A stretch of 64,000 nucleotides of DNA. It comes from an uncultured Methanoregulaceae archaeon. GTDB lineage: Archaea > Halobacteriota > Methanomicrobia > Methanomicrobiales > Methanospirillaceae. The position numbers and the translations under genes were made by a program. This document shows, piece by piece, positions 21,660 through 32,597 of this stretch. The notes below the pieces were generated by a model, which was not told the DNA's origin, did no database searches, and was given only the letters and a program-made list of their open reading frames with translations. How positions within the stretch are numbered: the stretch's first letter is position 1; every line of letters starts with the position of its first letter. The stretch is from NCBI GenBank assembly GCA_963701095.1, contig OY969564.1, positions 1,728,001 to 1,792,000 of the forward strand, written 5' to 3'.

Positions 21660-23543
21660 ATGAGACCTCAACCACTATTCCTTCCACTTTCTTCGGTCGA
21701 AGCCAAAGATCTAGGTATCGAACAATTTGACATAATCCTCGTCACGGGCGATGCCTACATCGATCATCCATCATTTGGTACAGCACTTATTGGCCGGGTT
21801 CTTTGGGACGCCGGTTTTTCTGTGGGTATTATCGCACAACCGGATATAAAGTCAGAACTGGATTTTAAGGCTCTTGGGCGACCCCGGCTTTTCTTTGGTA
21901 TTTCTTCCGGTAATGTCGACTCGATGGTCAATAACTATACACCCAACCTAAAACGCCGGAGTTCTGATGTATACTCCCCCGGGGGAATCTTAAAGCGCCC
22001 GGATAGAGCTACGATTGTCTATACAAATCGGATCCACAGTGCGTATCCAGATGTACCTATAATCCTTGGTGGGATCGAAGCAAGCTTGCGCAGGTTCGCG
22101 CATTACGATTACTGGCAGGACCGGGTACGCCAGTCCATTCTTGCCGATGCACCGGCCACTCTTCTTGCTTATGGTATGGCAGAAAGGCAGATGGTTGAAA
22201 TTGCCCTGAGGTTAGATGCCGGAGAACCTGCACGATCACTTAGGGATATACATGGGACTATGTATACTATGGAGGTGGCAGAATGGCGAACAGCACGGTC
22301 AAAATATATTGTTGAAATTCCAAGTTTTTCCGAGGTCGCTTCAGATACTACAGCATATGCAAAAGCGTTTTCCATCCATTACAAAGAACAGGATCCGGTG
22401 CATGGGAGAGCGGTAGCTCAGCCTCACCCAAAAACTGTAGTAATTCAGAACCCTCCGGCCAAGCCACTTTCTTCCACCGCACTCGACCATGTGTACGAAC
22501 TGCCATTCACACGACAGGCCCACCCCACTTACCATGAGCCAATCCCTGCACTTCTTCCGGTACAATTCTCAGTCGTAAGCCACCGGGGTTGTTTTGGAAG
22601 CTGTTCGTTTTGCGCTCTTACCCATCACCAAGGGCGGATTGTCCAGAGCAGAAGTCCCGCATCAATTATCCATGAGGTGACCCGGATTGCAGCAATGCCG
22701 GAGTTCCGGGGAATTGTGCAGGATGTGGGAGGTCCCACAGCCAATATGTATGGGATGGCATGTGACAAGTGGGCTATTGTCGGGGCATGCCAGGACAAAT
22801 TCTGCACTCCCGCCTGCAAAAACCTCCAGATGAATCACCGGAAAATCAGGGAACTTCTTGAAAAAATACGAGAAGTGCCCGGTGTGAAAAAAGTGTTTGT
22901 CGGCTCGGGTATACGGTACGACCTTGTTCTCGCTGATAATGAAGGATCCCATTACCTTGAAGATCTTTGCGGACACCACATTTCAGGACATCTCAAAGTC
23001 GCTCCTGAACATATCTCGCCAAAAGTAACTGTCGTAATGAATAAACCGGATGGTGTGGTATTTGATCGTTTTCTCACTCTTTTCATGTCGTTCCAGAAAA
23101 GCAAACCAAAACGTCAGTACCTGGTTCCCTATTTCATGTCCGGTCACCCGGGCTGCACAATAAAAGATATGATTGCACTTGCGGAATACATTCGGGATCA
23201 TAATCTCTATACTGAGCAGGTCCAGGATTTTACCCCAACTCCAATGAGTGTCTCAACATGTATGTACTATACGGGCCTCAATCCTTTTAGTCTCGAACCG
23301 GTGCATGTTCCCAAAGGGAATGAAAAGAAAATCCAGCGTGCGCTCATGCAGTATAAGGAATCGCAGAACAGGGATTTCATCATTGAAGGACTCCACATGG
23401 CAGGCAGGACCGATCTTATTGGGGCCGGAGATAAATGCCTTATTTCAGGAAAAGATCCCCAAGTTAGGTTGAAGACGGTGCCAGCCTTCCGGCGAAAACA
23501 CGCTGGACGAAAAGATCGTGATCCGCCTCAGGATCAAAAATGA
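21660..23543 (+). CDS. YgiQ/UPF0313-family radical SAM protein
   Basis: VTGDAYIDHPSFG, RGCFGSCSFC, GGPTANMY and QVQDFTPTPM. Confidence 0.92.
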   Translation: MRPQPLFLPLSSVEAKDLGIEQFDIILVTGDAYIDHPSFGTALIGRVLWDAGFSVGIIAQPDIKSELDFKALGRPRLFFGISSGNVDSMVNNYTPNLKRRSSDVYSPGGILKRPDRATIVYTNRIHSAYPDVPIILGGIEASLRRFAHYDYWQDRVRQSILADAPATLLAYGMAERQMVEIALRLDAGEPARSLRDIHGTMYTMEVAEWRTARSKYIVEIPSFSEVASDTTAYAKAFSIHYKEQDPVHGRAVAQPHPKTVVIQNPPAKPLSSTALDHVYELPFTRQAHPTYHEPIPALLPVQFSVVSHRGCFGSCSFCALTHHQGRIVQSRSPASIIHEVTRIAAMPEFRGIVQDVGGPTANMYGMACDKWAIVGACQDKFCTPACKNLQMNHRKIRELLEKIREVPGVKKVFVGSGIRYDLVLADNEGSHYLEDLCGHHISGHLKVAPEHISPKVTVVMNKPDGVVFDRFLTLFMSFQKSKPKRQYLVPYFMSGHPGCTIKDMIALAEYIRDHNLYTEQVQDFTPTPMSVSTCMYYTGLNPFSLEPVHVPKGNEKKIQRALMQYKESQNRDFIIEGLHMAGRTDLIGAGDKCLISGKDPQVRLKTVPAFRRKHAGRKDRDPPQDQK

Positions 23544-23558
23544 ATAGAAAAAAGGCGT

Positions 23559-24908
23559 TTATTTCCTTCCATAATCATCTTCAAACCGTACGATATCATC
23601 TTCTTGGAGATACTCTCCCAATTGCACTTCGATCACTTCGAGAGGGATTACCCCTGGATTTTTAAGCCGATGCTGAACCCCGCTCCGCACAAATGTGCTT
23701 TCTCCCTGCCTGAGCAATATTGTCTCGCCATCGAGCTGCACTTCGGCAGTCCCACTGGCAACTACCCAGTGTTCGCTCCGGTGATGATGGAGCTGAAGGG
23801 AGAGCTTTTGTCCTGGTTTTACTGTAACACGCTTGATCTTGTGCCCTTTTAACTCCTCGAGAATAGTATATGACCCCCAAGGTCGGTGAACCTGCCGGTG
23901 GAACCGGGTAATTTGGTCGTTCTTCTCCTTAAACCGGTGAACTAAAGTCTTGACTTGTTCTGTTTGTCGGCTATCACAGATAAGAAGTGCATCAGCAGTA
24001 TCCACTACGACGAGGTTATCAACACCGATCATACCAACGTGCTTGCCCGGGGCATGCACATAATTATCCCGCGCTGATAGATACTCTGCCATTCCTACAT
24101 TTCCCTCATCATCATGAGGATTTATCTGATATAATGCCGCAAATGTCCCAAGATCGCTCCAATCAGCGTCGAGTGGCACAACAGCAACCATCTTTGACGG
24201 CTCAAGTAGGCCATAATCGATAGATGTGGCATCCAGCTTTCCGAAATCCGGTACTTTATTCCCGTTAAATGCTGCAAAAAGGCCGCGCTGATATTTTTTG
24301 AGTTCTCTGAAAAATACGGGGATAGAAAGAAGGAATATCCCGCTGTTCCAGAGATATCCGTTTTTTAGGTAAATAGCGGCAGTCTTCTTATCGGGTTTTT
24401 CTCTGAATTGTTCGACGACAAAACCTACTGGCAATGCTTTTCCAGGTTTAATATATCCATACCCGGAATGGGGAGAAGACGGTTTAACACCGAAAGTAAC
24501 AAGGTATTTCTTCGAGAGTGGTTCTGCAGCTTTAATCTGATCGATAGCAACGTCCCCAAGGAGGTGATCGCTCGGGAATACAACCGCAGTGGCGGCTTTG
24601 TCTTCTTTTCTAATCTCTTGTAAAGCCCATGCAATGGCTGGCAAAGTGTTTTTTTGCTCAGGTTCTGCAAGAATATGGCCTTCAGGTACCCCATAACCCA
24701 TATCTTCCATCTGATTTCGGACAAGATACTGATGGATCTCGTTTGTTACTACCCAAATCTCGTCCTCCCGGGAGAATTTTCTCGCCCTGTCACAGGTTTT
24801 CTGGAACAAGGATTTCCCCTCCATAGGAATGAACTGTTTGGGGAAATATTCGCGAGATAAGGGCCAAAGCCTAGTCCCCACGCCGCCGGCAAGAATAATG
24901 GTTTTCAT
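23559..24908 (-). CDS. manC: Mannose-1-phosphate guanylyltransferase/mannose-6-phosphate isomerase
   Basis: LAGGVGTRLWPLSR, WNSGIF, WSDLG, RPWG and cupin HHHRSEHW. Confidence 0.93.
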   Translation of the reverse strand: MKTIILAGGVGTRLWPLSREYFPKQFIPMEGKSLFQKTCDRARKFSREDEIWVVTNEIHQYLVRNQMEDMGYGVPEGHILAEPEQKNTLPAIAWALQEIRKEDKAATAVVFPSDHLLGDVAIDQIKAAEPLSKKYLVTFGVKPSSPHSGYGYIKPGKALPVGFVVEQFREKPDKKTAAIYLKNGYLWNSGIFLLSIPVFFRELKKYQRGLFAAFNGNKVPDFGKLDATSIDYGLLEPSKMVAVVPLDADWSDLGTFAALYQINPHDDEGNVGMAEYLSARDNYVHAPGKHVGMIGVDNLVVVDTADALLICDSRQTEQVKTLVHRFKEKNDQITRFHRQVHRPWGSYTILEELKGHKIKRVTVKPGQKLSLQLHHHRSEHWVVASGTAEVQLDGETILLRQGESTFVRSGVQHRLKNPGVIPLEVIEVQLGEYLQEDDIVRFEDDYGRK

Positions 24909-25008
24909 GGATCCTCTTGGAATCTTTTCCGGGATTTGCTCTCGGTCATGTTCTTAGTACTCAGTCGGGGATTATCCCTAATAAAAGTCGATCTTTACAA
25001 CATCGTCG

Positions 25009-26830
25009 TCATATAACCGGGACATCGATAAATTTCCTTAACCAAAGCTCGGTACATGCAATTCGCCAGATCTCAGGAGAATAAACAGAAGTACCCTCAA
25101 GGAATGCCTGATAATCCTGTACTACCGCAGCGGCATCCCAGTAAGGTCGGGATCTAAAACTTTGCGATGTGAAAATCTCCAGCATAAAAGACCGAAGCTC
25201 GTTTTTCATCCAGCACTCTTCTGGGGTAACAAAGCCCATCTTATCGCTGCGGCAACGCACTGTTTCCGGGATCTTTCCCCGGATAGCGGAGCGCAGGACA
25301 AATTTTGTTGAACCCTTCCGGATCTTTTGGGAGAGTGGGAGCGATGCAATATATTCCACCAGTCGTACATCAAGGAAGGGAACCCGGGATTCCAGGGAAA
25401 ACGCCATCGAGTTCCGGTCCTCGTAATGAAGGAGCGCTGGAAGATTCGTGGAAAGGAGCTCGCGGTGCAGGACTTCATCGAGCGTATCCTTGTACCGGTC
25501 GACGGATTTTGGATTATTTTTTAGGAGCTTCCTCCTCTTCTTACGGACATGTATTTGATCCCTTGCAGCAAGAAAGAAATTCCGATGTCGCCGGATACTG
25601 CCAAAAATCTCCGTAAGTGCTGTCCGCCAGTGAAATGTGCGGATAAGCCCCCTGATATAACTTCCCTGATATCCAAGGTAACCTGCCAGAAGTTCGTCAG
25701 CCCCTTGTCCGTCTAACACTACGATTACCTTTTTTTTTGCAAGCCTCATCACGCAGGTACTGGGCGTAAATGGAGAGTGAACCAAAAGGTTCGTCCTGTA
25801 TGTATATCAATCGGTCAATATCCTCACGGAGCTGGCTTGGTTTGGGTTCCGTTTTGTCTGCATCGACTCCGGTTGCAGCAACAATCTCGTCAATATACTT
25901 GCTCTCATCAAATTTTTTATCTGAGAACACAACAGAAAACGTTTTCTGCCTCAAACCGACACTTTCCGGGGCCTCATTTTTAATGAGCGAATTGATCATA
26001 ACCGTCAGAGTCGAGGAGTCGATCCCTCCGGAGAGACAGGTGCCCACAGCTGACATCGCTTCTCAGATGGATCCTAATCGCTTCCATGAGATGTGTATCA
26101 AGAGCGGCTGCAACCTCGTAATCGTCTTCACATCCCCGTATTTCCGGGTTCACTTTTACATCCCAATACTGGAACGGGAACTGGATTCCCTCTACGGTAA
26201 CGACAAGCGCATGGGCCGGTTCGATCTGGAAAATATCTTCGAACATAGTGTGGCTGCAATGGTCGTGTACTCCCCATGCGAGATAGGTGCCAAGCATATC
26301 TTCATCTGGGCCTTTTTTAACACCTGAGTGAACCAGCAGTGCTTTGATTTCGGATGCGAACAGAAACGATCCATCGACAATTGTGTAATAAAATGGTTTA
26401 ATGCCGAACCGGTCCGGGCGCAGAAGAGTTCCTGTTTCTTTTCATCCCACAGTGCAAACGCCCACATGCCATTAAACCGGGTCAGGCAGTCATAGCCCCA
26501 TTCCTCATAGGCATGAAGAATCACTTCAGTATCTGATTTAGAGTAAAATGTGTGCCCTTTTTCCACGAGTTCTTTGCGGAGTTCGATGAAATTGTAGATC
26601 TCGCCATTGAAGACCAGCCAGAGCGAATTATCTTCGTTTGTCATTGGCTGGAGGCCGTCGGGAGAAAGATCGATTATAGCGAGCCGCCGGTGGACGAGGC
26701 CAGCACTACCGTTTATGTGCAACCCCTCGCCATCAGGACCGCGATGGAAAAGCCGTTCAGACATGGCTGCGAGGAGTTGGCGATCAGGTTTTCCACCGTT
26801 ATAGCAATACTGACCTGCGATCCCGCACAT
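25009..26830 (-). pseudogene. asnB: Asparagine synthase (glutamine-hydrolysing)-family amidotransferase with three 1-nt frameshifts (decay or sequence error)
   Basis: MCGIAG, HRGPD and NGEIYN; then LSGGIDSS; then DGQGADE, ESRVPFLD and KMGF, spread over four ORFs. Breaks near 26415, 26052 and 25757. Confidence 0.85.
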
Positions 26831-26905
26831 TCACCAGATCGTTAGTCGTTGTGGGGATTAAAATATGGTATAAGTATAAAGGATGCTAGCCGTTGATAAT
26901 AGAAA

Positions 26906-27394
26906 TTACCCGGGGTTTCTTCCGGTTTTAATGCCCTTTCGTGGCGACTTTTCCTTTACCGCTATTACCTCACAGGGAAAACATTTCTCCAGTTTGTCAT
27001 CTATAACCCGGTAGGCATTGGCAAGGACCGAGGAGTTTGAGATCATTCCTGAAAGCAGGATCACTTCGAGGATTTCCTCACGTGTTGCACCCATTTTGAT
27101 CGCGGCCTGCATATGGTAGCTGGTACAATACTGGCATTTCAGAGCCGCGCCCACTGCCATACTGATCAGCTCCACATATTTGGGGTCAAGCCGGCTGGTC
27201 TCAGCAACAGTTCCTTTGTAGAGCAGATGGGAAATGAGAACTTCGGGGCGTTCTCCCATTCGTTTAAAAATAAGCGGGACTTTCCCGTATTCCCGTTCAA
27301 TGACTTTTAGCCATTCTTCAGCTGTTGCTTCGGCTCCCTGTTCTACAATCTGCTTGAGCCGGTCCTCAAACTCGACTTCTTGTTTGCGTCCCAT
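26906..27394 (-). CDS. Carboxymuconolactone decarboxylase/AhpD-like protein
   Basis: ELISMAVG...CQYCTSYH...GATREEI. Confidence 0.85.
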   Translation of the reverse strand: MGRKQEVEFEDRLKQIVEQGAEATAEEWLKVIEREYGKVPLIFKRMGERPEVLISHLLYKGTVAETSRLDPKYVELISMAVGAALKCQYCTSYHMQAAIKMGATREEILEVILLSGMISNSSVLANAYRVIDDKLEKCFPCEVIAVKEKSPRKGIKTGRNPG

Positions 27395-27403
27395 GTTTTT
27401 CTC

Positions 27404-28342
27404 CTAAATCACTGTGTTGGTTTCTGAAAATGGCCTGACTCTTACTATAATGTAATCACGCATACGCGAAGGTTCAATGTCTGCGATGTCCCCGATTTTT
27501 ATTCCATCTTCAATCTCAACCTTCCGGAGCACTTCTGCATAGCTATCATATGGCAGTTTTACCCGAAGACCTGACATCTGCACCGTGAGCGGGGTTGGTG
27601 ACGTTACTGCGAGAATAGCTGGCACATGCTCACGAATAACGTCCATAAGTCTGGCCGGGGAAACCGAGAGAGGGTCTTTTGCAAGTTCCTCCCGCCGCTT
27701 TTCGAGGACCCGTGTGATTTCAGCAACAATTTCATCGAGTTTGGTGAGTTCCTCGGATTCTTTGGTCCGGTGCATGAACCGGCCGACATTTCCCACATAG
27801 CCATCTACCGCAGGTTCAACGATGCGCTGAAGCGTTTCCTTGTCCGGGCCGCCACAAAGAACGACCGGTACTTCCACCCCCCGGAGAAGTAATGGCATCT
27901 TATGCTCGATACAGGTCTCGAAATTGCCAAGAAGGTATACGGCAATGTCGTGCTCGTTTATGACGTCGCGTTCTTCATCATTTATACCTGCTATCCGCTT
28001 TCCCGGGCCACGTGCCAGGCTTACCATATTACTTTTGGCACCTATCCGGCGTACATACTCAGCGATATCGCATGAGGGGTGCGGTAAGTGGTGGATCTCA
28101 AGGCTCATGCTGACAATCGCAATCTCTGTCCCCACCAGTGGCGAATCGATCACCTCCCCAGCAAGCGGTTTTCCGATTGCCCGGATTAGTTCTACGTCAT
28201 CCTTTGGCACAAAGCACTGGAGGACCACTTCTTGGGCAATCATATGTTTCTGGACGATATACCCGCCAAGATCTTCGATGAGATCGATAATCTCGTTATG
28301 CCGGTACACACCGCCTTTGTAGGTGATCGGTACCAGGATCAT
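27404..28342 (-). CDS. mmp7: Methanogenesis marker protein 7
   Basis: YKGGVYRH, HHLPHPSCDIAEY and LARGPG; position in the marker cluster. Confidence 0.9.
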   Translation of the reverse strand: MILVPITYKGGVYRHNEIIDLIEDLGGYIVQKHMIAQEVVLQCFVPKDDVELIRAIGKPLAGEVIDSPLVGTEIAIVSMSLEIHHLPHPSCDIAEYVRRIGAKSNMVSLARGPGKRIAGINDEERDVINEHDIAVYLLGNFETCIEHKMPLLLRGVEVPVVLCGGPDKETLQRIVEPAVDGYVGNVGRFMHRTKESEELTKLDEIVAEITRVLEKRREELAKDPLSVSPARLMDVIREHVPAILAVTSPTPLTVQMSGLRVKLPYDSYAEVLRKVEIEDGIKIGDIADIEPSRMRDYIIVRVRPFSETNTVI

Positions 28343-28920
28343 GGCGTCTCCCCCATGAGTGCGAATTTCTCTTTTATCAGCGAGAGGCCAGTGTCAGTCA
28401 GGGTGTCTTCGCTCGCGACAAACGAGAATTTTTCAGCCCCATAGTTTTCGCTTCTGACGCGGAACCCCTCGGGGCAGATGCAACGGAAGGCGTAGACAAG
28501 ATCCTTATACAAAGCTTCGCTGGGATCGGCGATCGCCATCTCTTCTATTTCCCGGGAACTGGCCGTGATTCCTGTCAGGATAACAGTGAACCGGTCCGGC
28601 TGGTCAACATGGTCTTTGCCGAACCGGTCCCAGAACAGCTTGAGCATCGGTGCAAGATAGGTCTCGTCCGATATTGCAAGCGTCATCTTGCCTTCCTGGG
28701 GGTTAACATTGGCGATGTCGCTTACCCGCACCAGAGTTGTAACTTTTTTAAGGATTCCTACGGCTACAAAAATAGGGATTCTGGGGTCAATGTAGACATG
28801 GAGTCTGTGGATCACGCGGAGGAGATTGTGGTCAAGAAGGACGTCGTTTGTGATCTGCCGGTAGTATTCCCCGCCGAGTTTTTCCGTGCATTCCACTTCA
28901 AAATATTCAATGGCCTGCAT
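28339..28920 (-). CDS. mmp17: Methanogenesis marker protein 17
   Basis: DETYL, QPDRF and PEGFRVR; synteny. Confidence 0.87.
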   Translation of the reverse strand: MQAIEYFEVECTEKLGGEYYRQITNDVLLDHNLLRVIHRLHVYIDPRIPIFVAVGILKKVTTLVRVSDIANVNPQEGKMTLAISDETYLAPMLKLFWDRFGKDHVDQPDRFTVILTGITASSREIEEMAIADPSEALYKDLVYAFRCICPEGFRVRSENYGAEKFSFVASEDTLTDTGLSLIKEKFALMGETP

Positions 28921-30160
28921 CTGCCCCGTCCCTGATAAATCCTGATGCCAATAGCGCCGAACCTACTGCACCTATATATTGCGAGTTTGGCGGAACGACA
29001 ATTTTTGTCTTAAGGAGTTTTCCCATCGCATATACCAGACCTTCGATGAGTGAGGTGCCGCCCACCATGATCACCGGTTCCTTAATGTCCACTTCCTGGA
29101 GCTGCTGTTCGAAGACCTGTTCGGCAACGCTGTGACAGGCCGCGGCGGCCACATCCTCTCGTGTACTTCCGGCAGCAAGGGCGTTGACAAGGCTCTGGGT
29201 GCCAAATACGATACAATAACTGTTCATGGGAACCCGGGCACCCATACCTTTCATGGCAAGCGGCCCCAGTTCAGTGATCTCGATACCGAGGCGCTTGGAG
29301 GTCATTTCAAGGAACCTGCCACTGGCACCTGCGCAGATGCCGCCCATGGTAAAAGTACCGGGAATACCATCCATAACCGAAATGGCTTTATTGTCCATTC
29401 CACCGATATCGATAACCGTTGCAGGCCCGTGCTGCCGATCCGCGAGGTAAACTGCGCCCTTCGAGTTTACGGTCAATTCTTCTTGAATCAGATCGGCATT
29501 GAAATCTTTTCCGACAAGGAACCTTCCATAGCCGGTTGTCCCAATCGCTTCGACATCTTCAAGTTTCATCCCCGCTTCGCCAAGAGCATGAGTTGCTACA
29601 TCCCGGGCGCTCTTGAGCACTTCAGTCGTCGGTTGCCAGCCTCTGCCGATGATTTTATTATCCTTCATTAATATGGCCTTTGTCGTCGATGAGCCGGAAT
29701 CGATGCCAAGTGTAATCCCCTCCTGGACCTCACGGGCCAGAAGTGCCCTTCTCCTGGCAATCGTTGTGAGTGCCTCCATCCGGGTGAGAAGTGTTCCTGC
29801 GGTTGTGCGTTCCGTAAACGAGTAGCTGACTACAGGAAGCCGCGAGTGCTCGTGAATATACCGCCGCAGCTCGTTTCTGACTATTGCGGCTTCGGCACAG
29901 CGAAAGCAGGTTGCAATAAAAACCGCGTCGGCTTCCACTCTGCCATCGATAAGCGCCATTGCCCGTGAAATGGCAAGTCTCAGGTCAGGACTCCTGACTT
30001 CAAGGCCGAATGATTCAAAATCCCGCATTATGTCTTTAAGGGCAACATCCGGGAAAAAGATCTCGCCGTTCACCGCTTTTGCTGCTTGGTTAATCTCTTC
30101 CTGAACCCCTGAATAATCCGGGCCGCAGGAAAGCTGGGCGATACGTACCGGCGCTGTCAT
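28907..30160 (-). CDS. mmp15: Methanogenesis marker protein 15 (acyl-CoA dehydratase activase-like ATPase)
   Basis: [26 protein letters not shown] and [10 protein letters not shown]. Confidence 0.9.
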   Translation of the reverse strand: MTAPVRIAQLSCGPDYSGVQEEINQAAKAVNGEIFFPDVALKDIMRDFESFGLEVRSPDLRLAISRAMALIDGRVEADAVFIATCFRCAEAAIVRNELRRYIHEHSRLPVVSYSFTERTTAGTLLTRMEALTTIARRRALLAREVQEGITLGIDSGSSTTKAILMKDNKIIGRGWQPTTEVLKSARDVATHALGEAGMKLEDVEAIGTTGYGRFLVGKDFNADLIQEELTVNSKGAVYLADRQHGPATVIDIGGMDNKAISVMDGIPGTFTMGGICAGASGRFLEMTSKRLGIEITELGPLAMKGMGARVPMNSYCIVFGTQSLVNALAAGSTREDVAAAACHSVAEQVFEQQLQEVDIKEPVIMVGGTSLIEGLVYAMGKLLKTKIVVPPNSQYIGAVGSALLASGFIRDGADAGH

Positions 30161-30603
30161 GATTTTTCTCCCAGATCGGAAAGGAATCGTTTAAGGGCTG
30201 CAACAAATTGTGTTCCCTCGTCCTCATTTTTCGGGTATTCCAGCTCGAGCTTTGGCATATTCTTTTGACGGATTAGAAACTTCAACAGCTCGTTTGTCCG
30301 TGCACAGCCCATGCAGCCGAATGCGAAATCGGAATTATTGATAATTATCGCAGCATCACACATCTCTATCATCGGGCCATACAAGGCCATGCGTCCTCTG
30401 ACCCCGCTTGGGACTTCAACTGCCGCCCACCGGAGCCCCTTCTTGGGCTCTTCAGGTGTTATCTGGAGCGGCATGGATTCAAGCCCGGCGGTCTGAACGC
30501 GCTCCCGGATTGCGATTGCTGAACCAAGGGGTGTGTGGCCAAAGCGTGTCACCATATCAGAAAGAATCAGGCTTGTTGCAGGGTAAATGAATATTTTTGC
30601 CAT
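30157..30603 (-). CDS. mmp5: Methanogenesis marker protein 5
   Basis: VPSGVRGR and [11 protein letters not shown]. Confidence 0.9.
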   Translation of the reverse strand: MAKIFIYPATSLILSDMVTRFGHTPLGSAIAIRERVQTAGLESMPLQITPEEPKKGLRWAAVEVPSGVRGRMALYGPMIEMCDAAIIINNSDFAFGCMGCARTNELLKFLIRQKNMPKLELEYPKNEDEGTQFVAALKRFLSDLGEKS

Positions 30604-30605
30604 GG

Positions 30606-31065
30606 TCAGGGCTCCTGTGCATCGATCATTTTCTTTAACCGGTAAATGTCAAGGCGTGACGATGTCAGCTGGGGTTTCGGAGCCGGCACAGTTGAGGCGT
30701 CGCGGTGTTCAAGTTCTTCGATGGCGTGAGAAATATAAGGGAGAATGGTCATTTCAAACTCAATCCCGTGGAAACCCGGCCGGGCTCCGCCAAGTGTTGC
30801 CCGGCATCTCCGGGCATCCCCTGGTGGGAACCCGCGGTCTTTTACAAAAATATGGGCCGGATCCATTTTCCGGACTTCGGCGATCACCCGGTTAACCTCG
30901 TCTTCTTTTCCCATTACAACAAGGCCAAAACAGTTCTCCTTGATCATTACACCTTTTGCTACCTCGTATGCCCGGATGGCTACATCAGACCGGCGTTAAG
31001 GTATACGATTCCACCACTACATACCGGGTCACTGTTCCAACGTTTGCCGGCGTATAATCAGTCAC
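30606..31065 (-). CDS. mmp6: Methanogenesis marker protein 6, with a 1-nt insertion near 30990
   Basis: A GTG start overlapping the mmp3 stop gives MTDYTPANVGTVTRYVVVESYTLTP. Removing one G joins it to SDVAIRAYEV...KENCFG...KDRGFPPGDARRCRA. Confidence 0.85.
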
Positions 31066-32588
31066 TGTTTCACCTCGCGGATATAGACAATCTGCCGTTC
31101 TTTTACGTTCTTTAGTTTATCCGTGTCGATCACTCTTCCGATAACATTAGTGCCTTCAAACGGTTCGGAAGTCGGGCCAAACTCGCGGTTCGCCGATAAC
31201 CTCACTCCAACAAGGCCAGAACCTTTACGGGAATCATTGGTAATTGCAAGGGCCGCAGCAGGTGCTTCGCCGACCGGACAATTCTCGGGATAGATCTTTA
31301 CTGTTGTCGGGATTTTTGGCTTGAAGAGATACACGTCATCAAAGATGAAGAATGCCGGCATCATACCGGCATCATGCTCGTGCAGCCCGGTAATACGACG
31401 GAATGTATCGCAGCTCATGGGGGCAAGGGCATCGTCAAGAACGATATCAATAACCTGATCGAATGGCGCCGTAGTAACTTTTACCGATCGCTCACTGAGT
31501 ACATCAAGGGTCGTCCCCGGCTCCTGTGAGACAACAATCCGGTCTTTTTTGTCGCTATCAACGATCAGGGAAACTTCCCGGTCTGCTACGACTTTTTTAG
31601 CCTCTTCCAGGGGCAGGCCGAGGAGATCAATGCGTGGCGGAACAACCCGAATCGAGAGGACATCGCTTTCTTTTGCAAGCTTTACCAGTTCGATGCCGTG
31701 AACTACCTGTCCGACAACACTGTGAGCCGGGCTGCTGGGAACATCGGCCCGGTAGATGTACACCCCTCCGACAGAGGGTCCTTGGGTTCGTACGGTAACC
31801 GTACCTTCGCGACGGGGACGCTTGAATTGTGCCGGGACATCGGTGCCGACAAGTTTCCGGTCAAGGATATGGGTGCTTGTTGCACGGTCAACAACAAATT
31901 TCCCGGATTCAAGAGCCACAAGCAGGTGTTCAACACTGCCTGCGGCCTCAGTGGTAATCCGGTCCGGGAAATAACCCTGCCCCGTTACCCTGACATGGGT
32001 CACAATAAGCATGCCATCTTCCACTATAAGACCCGGGTCTGTCGTGGTAAACGAACGACTGGTGTCGGCCCAGCTGATTACCGGCTCTACTTTTGTAACC
32101 TTATCCCCGGATTCCCAACGGTCGAGTACAGCTTTCCCGCTTACGACACGGCCTACAACACCCCCGGTATCGTCAGCGCCGTGGTCTGCAATATGACGGC
32201 TTTTTGAGAAGATGAGGTACGAGGTTTTCGGATCGTATCCCCCGCAACCGAGAATAACATCTCCTCTTTCGTAAAGACGAGGTTTGCGCAAAGGGTGGAT
32301 ATCGGAAGGAAACGGCCCGAATGCAGCAGCGTATCGGTCGGTCCAGTGCAGGGCAAGCCTGCCAATGCTATCCTTCCGTCCGAGTACATCGACTTCAGTT
32401 CCCGCAAGCTCAATGGTAATCTCTCCGGCAGTGGTCGTTACTGTGACGTTTTCGGTTTTTTCCTGTTCCTTAGTAGCAGGTCGGATAACAGCAACAGCAC
32501 ATTCGCGGGGTTGGTCCGGAATGAGAGAAAGAAGTGTGCTTTGCTCGCCTACTTCGCGAGGTTCCCCATCGAGATAGACATGGATCAT
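31062..32588 (-). CDS. mmp3: Methanogenesis marker protein 3
   Basis: AAFGPF, YIYRADVPSSPAHSVVG and FGPTSEPFEGTN; between atwA and mmp6. Confidence 0.88.
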   Translation of the reverse strand: MIHVYLDGEPREVGEQSTLLSLIPDQPRECAVAVIRPATKEQEKTENVTVTTTAGEITIELAGTEVDVLGRKDSIGRLALHWTDRYAAAFGPFPSDIHPLRKPRLYERGDVILGCGGYDPKTSYLIFSKSRHIADHGADDTGGVVGRVVSGKAVLDRWESGDKVTKVEPVISWADTSRSFTTTDPGLIVEDGMLIVTHVRVTGQGYFPDRITTEAAGSVEHLLVALESGKFVVDRATSTHILDRKLVGTDVPAQFKRPRREGTVTVRTQGPSVGGVYIYRADVPSSPAHSVVGQVVHGIELVKLAKESDVLSIRVVPPRIDLLGLPLEEAKKVVADREVSLIVDSDKKDRIVVSQEPGTTLDVLSERSVKVTTAPFDQVIDIVLDDALAPMSCDTFRRITGLHEHDAGMMPAFFIFDDVYLFKPKIPTTVKIYPENCPVGEAPAAALAITNDSRKGSGLVGVRLSANREFGPTSEPFEGTNVIGRVIDTDKLKNVKERQIVYIREVKQ

Positions 32589-32597
32589 GTATATCTC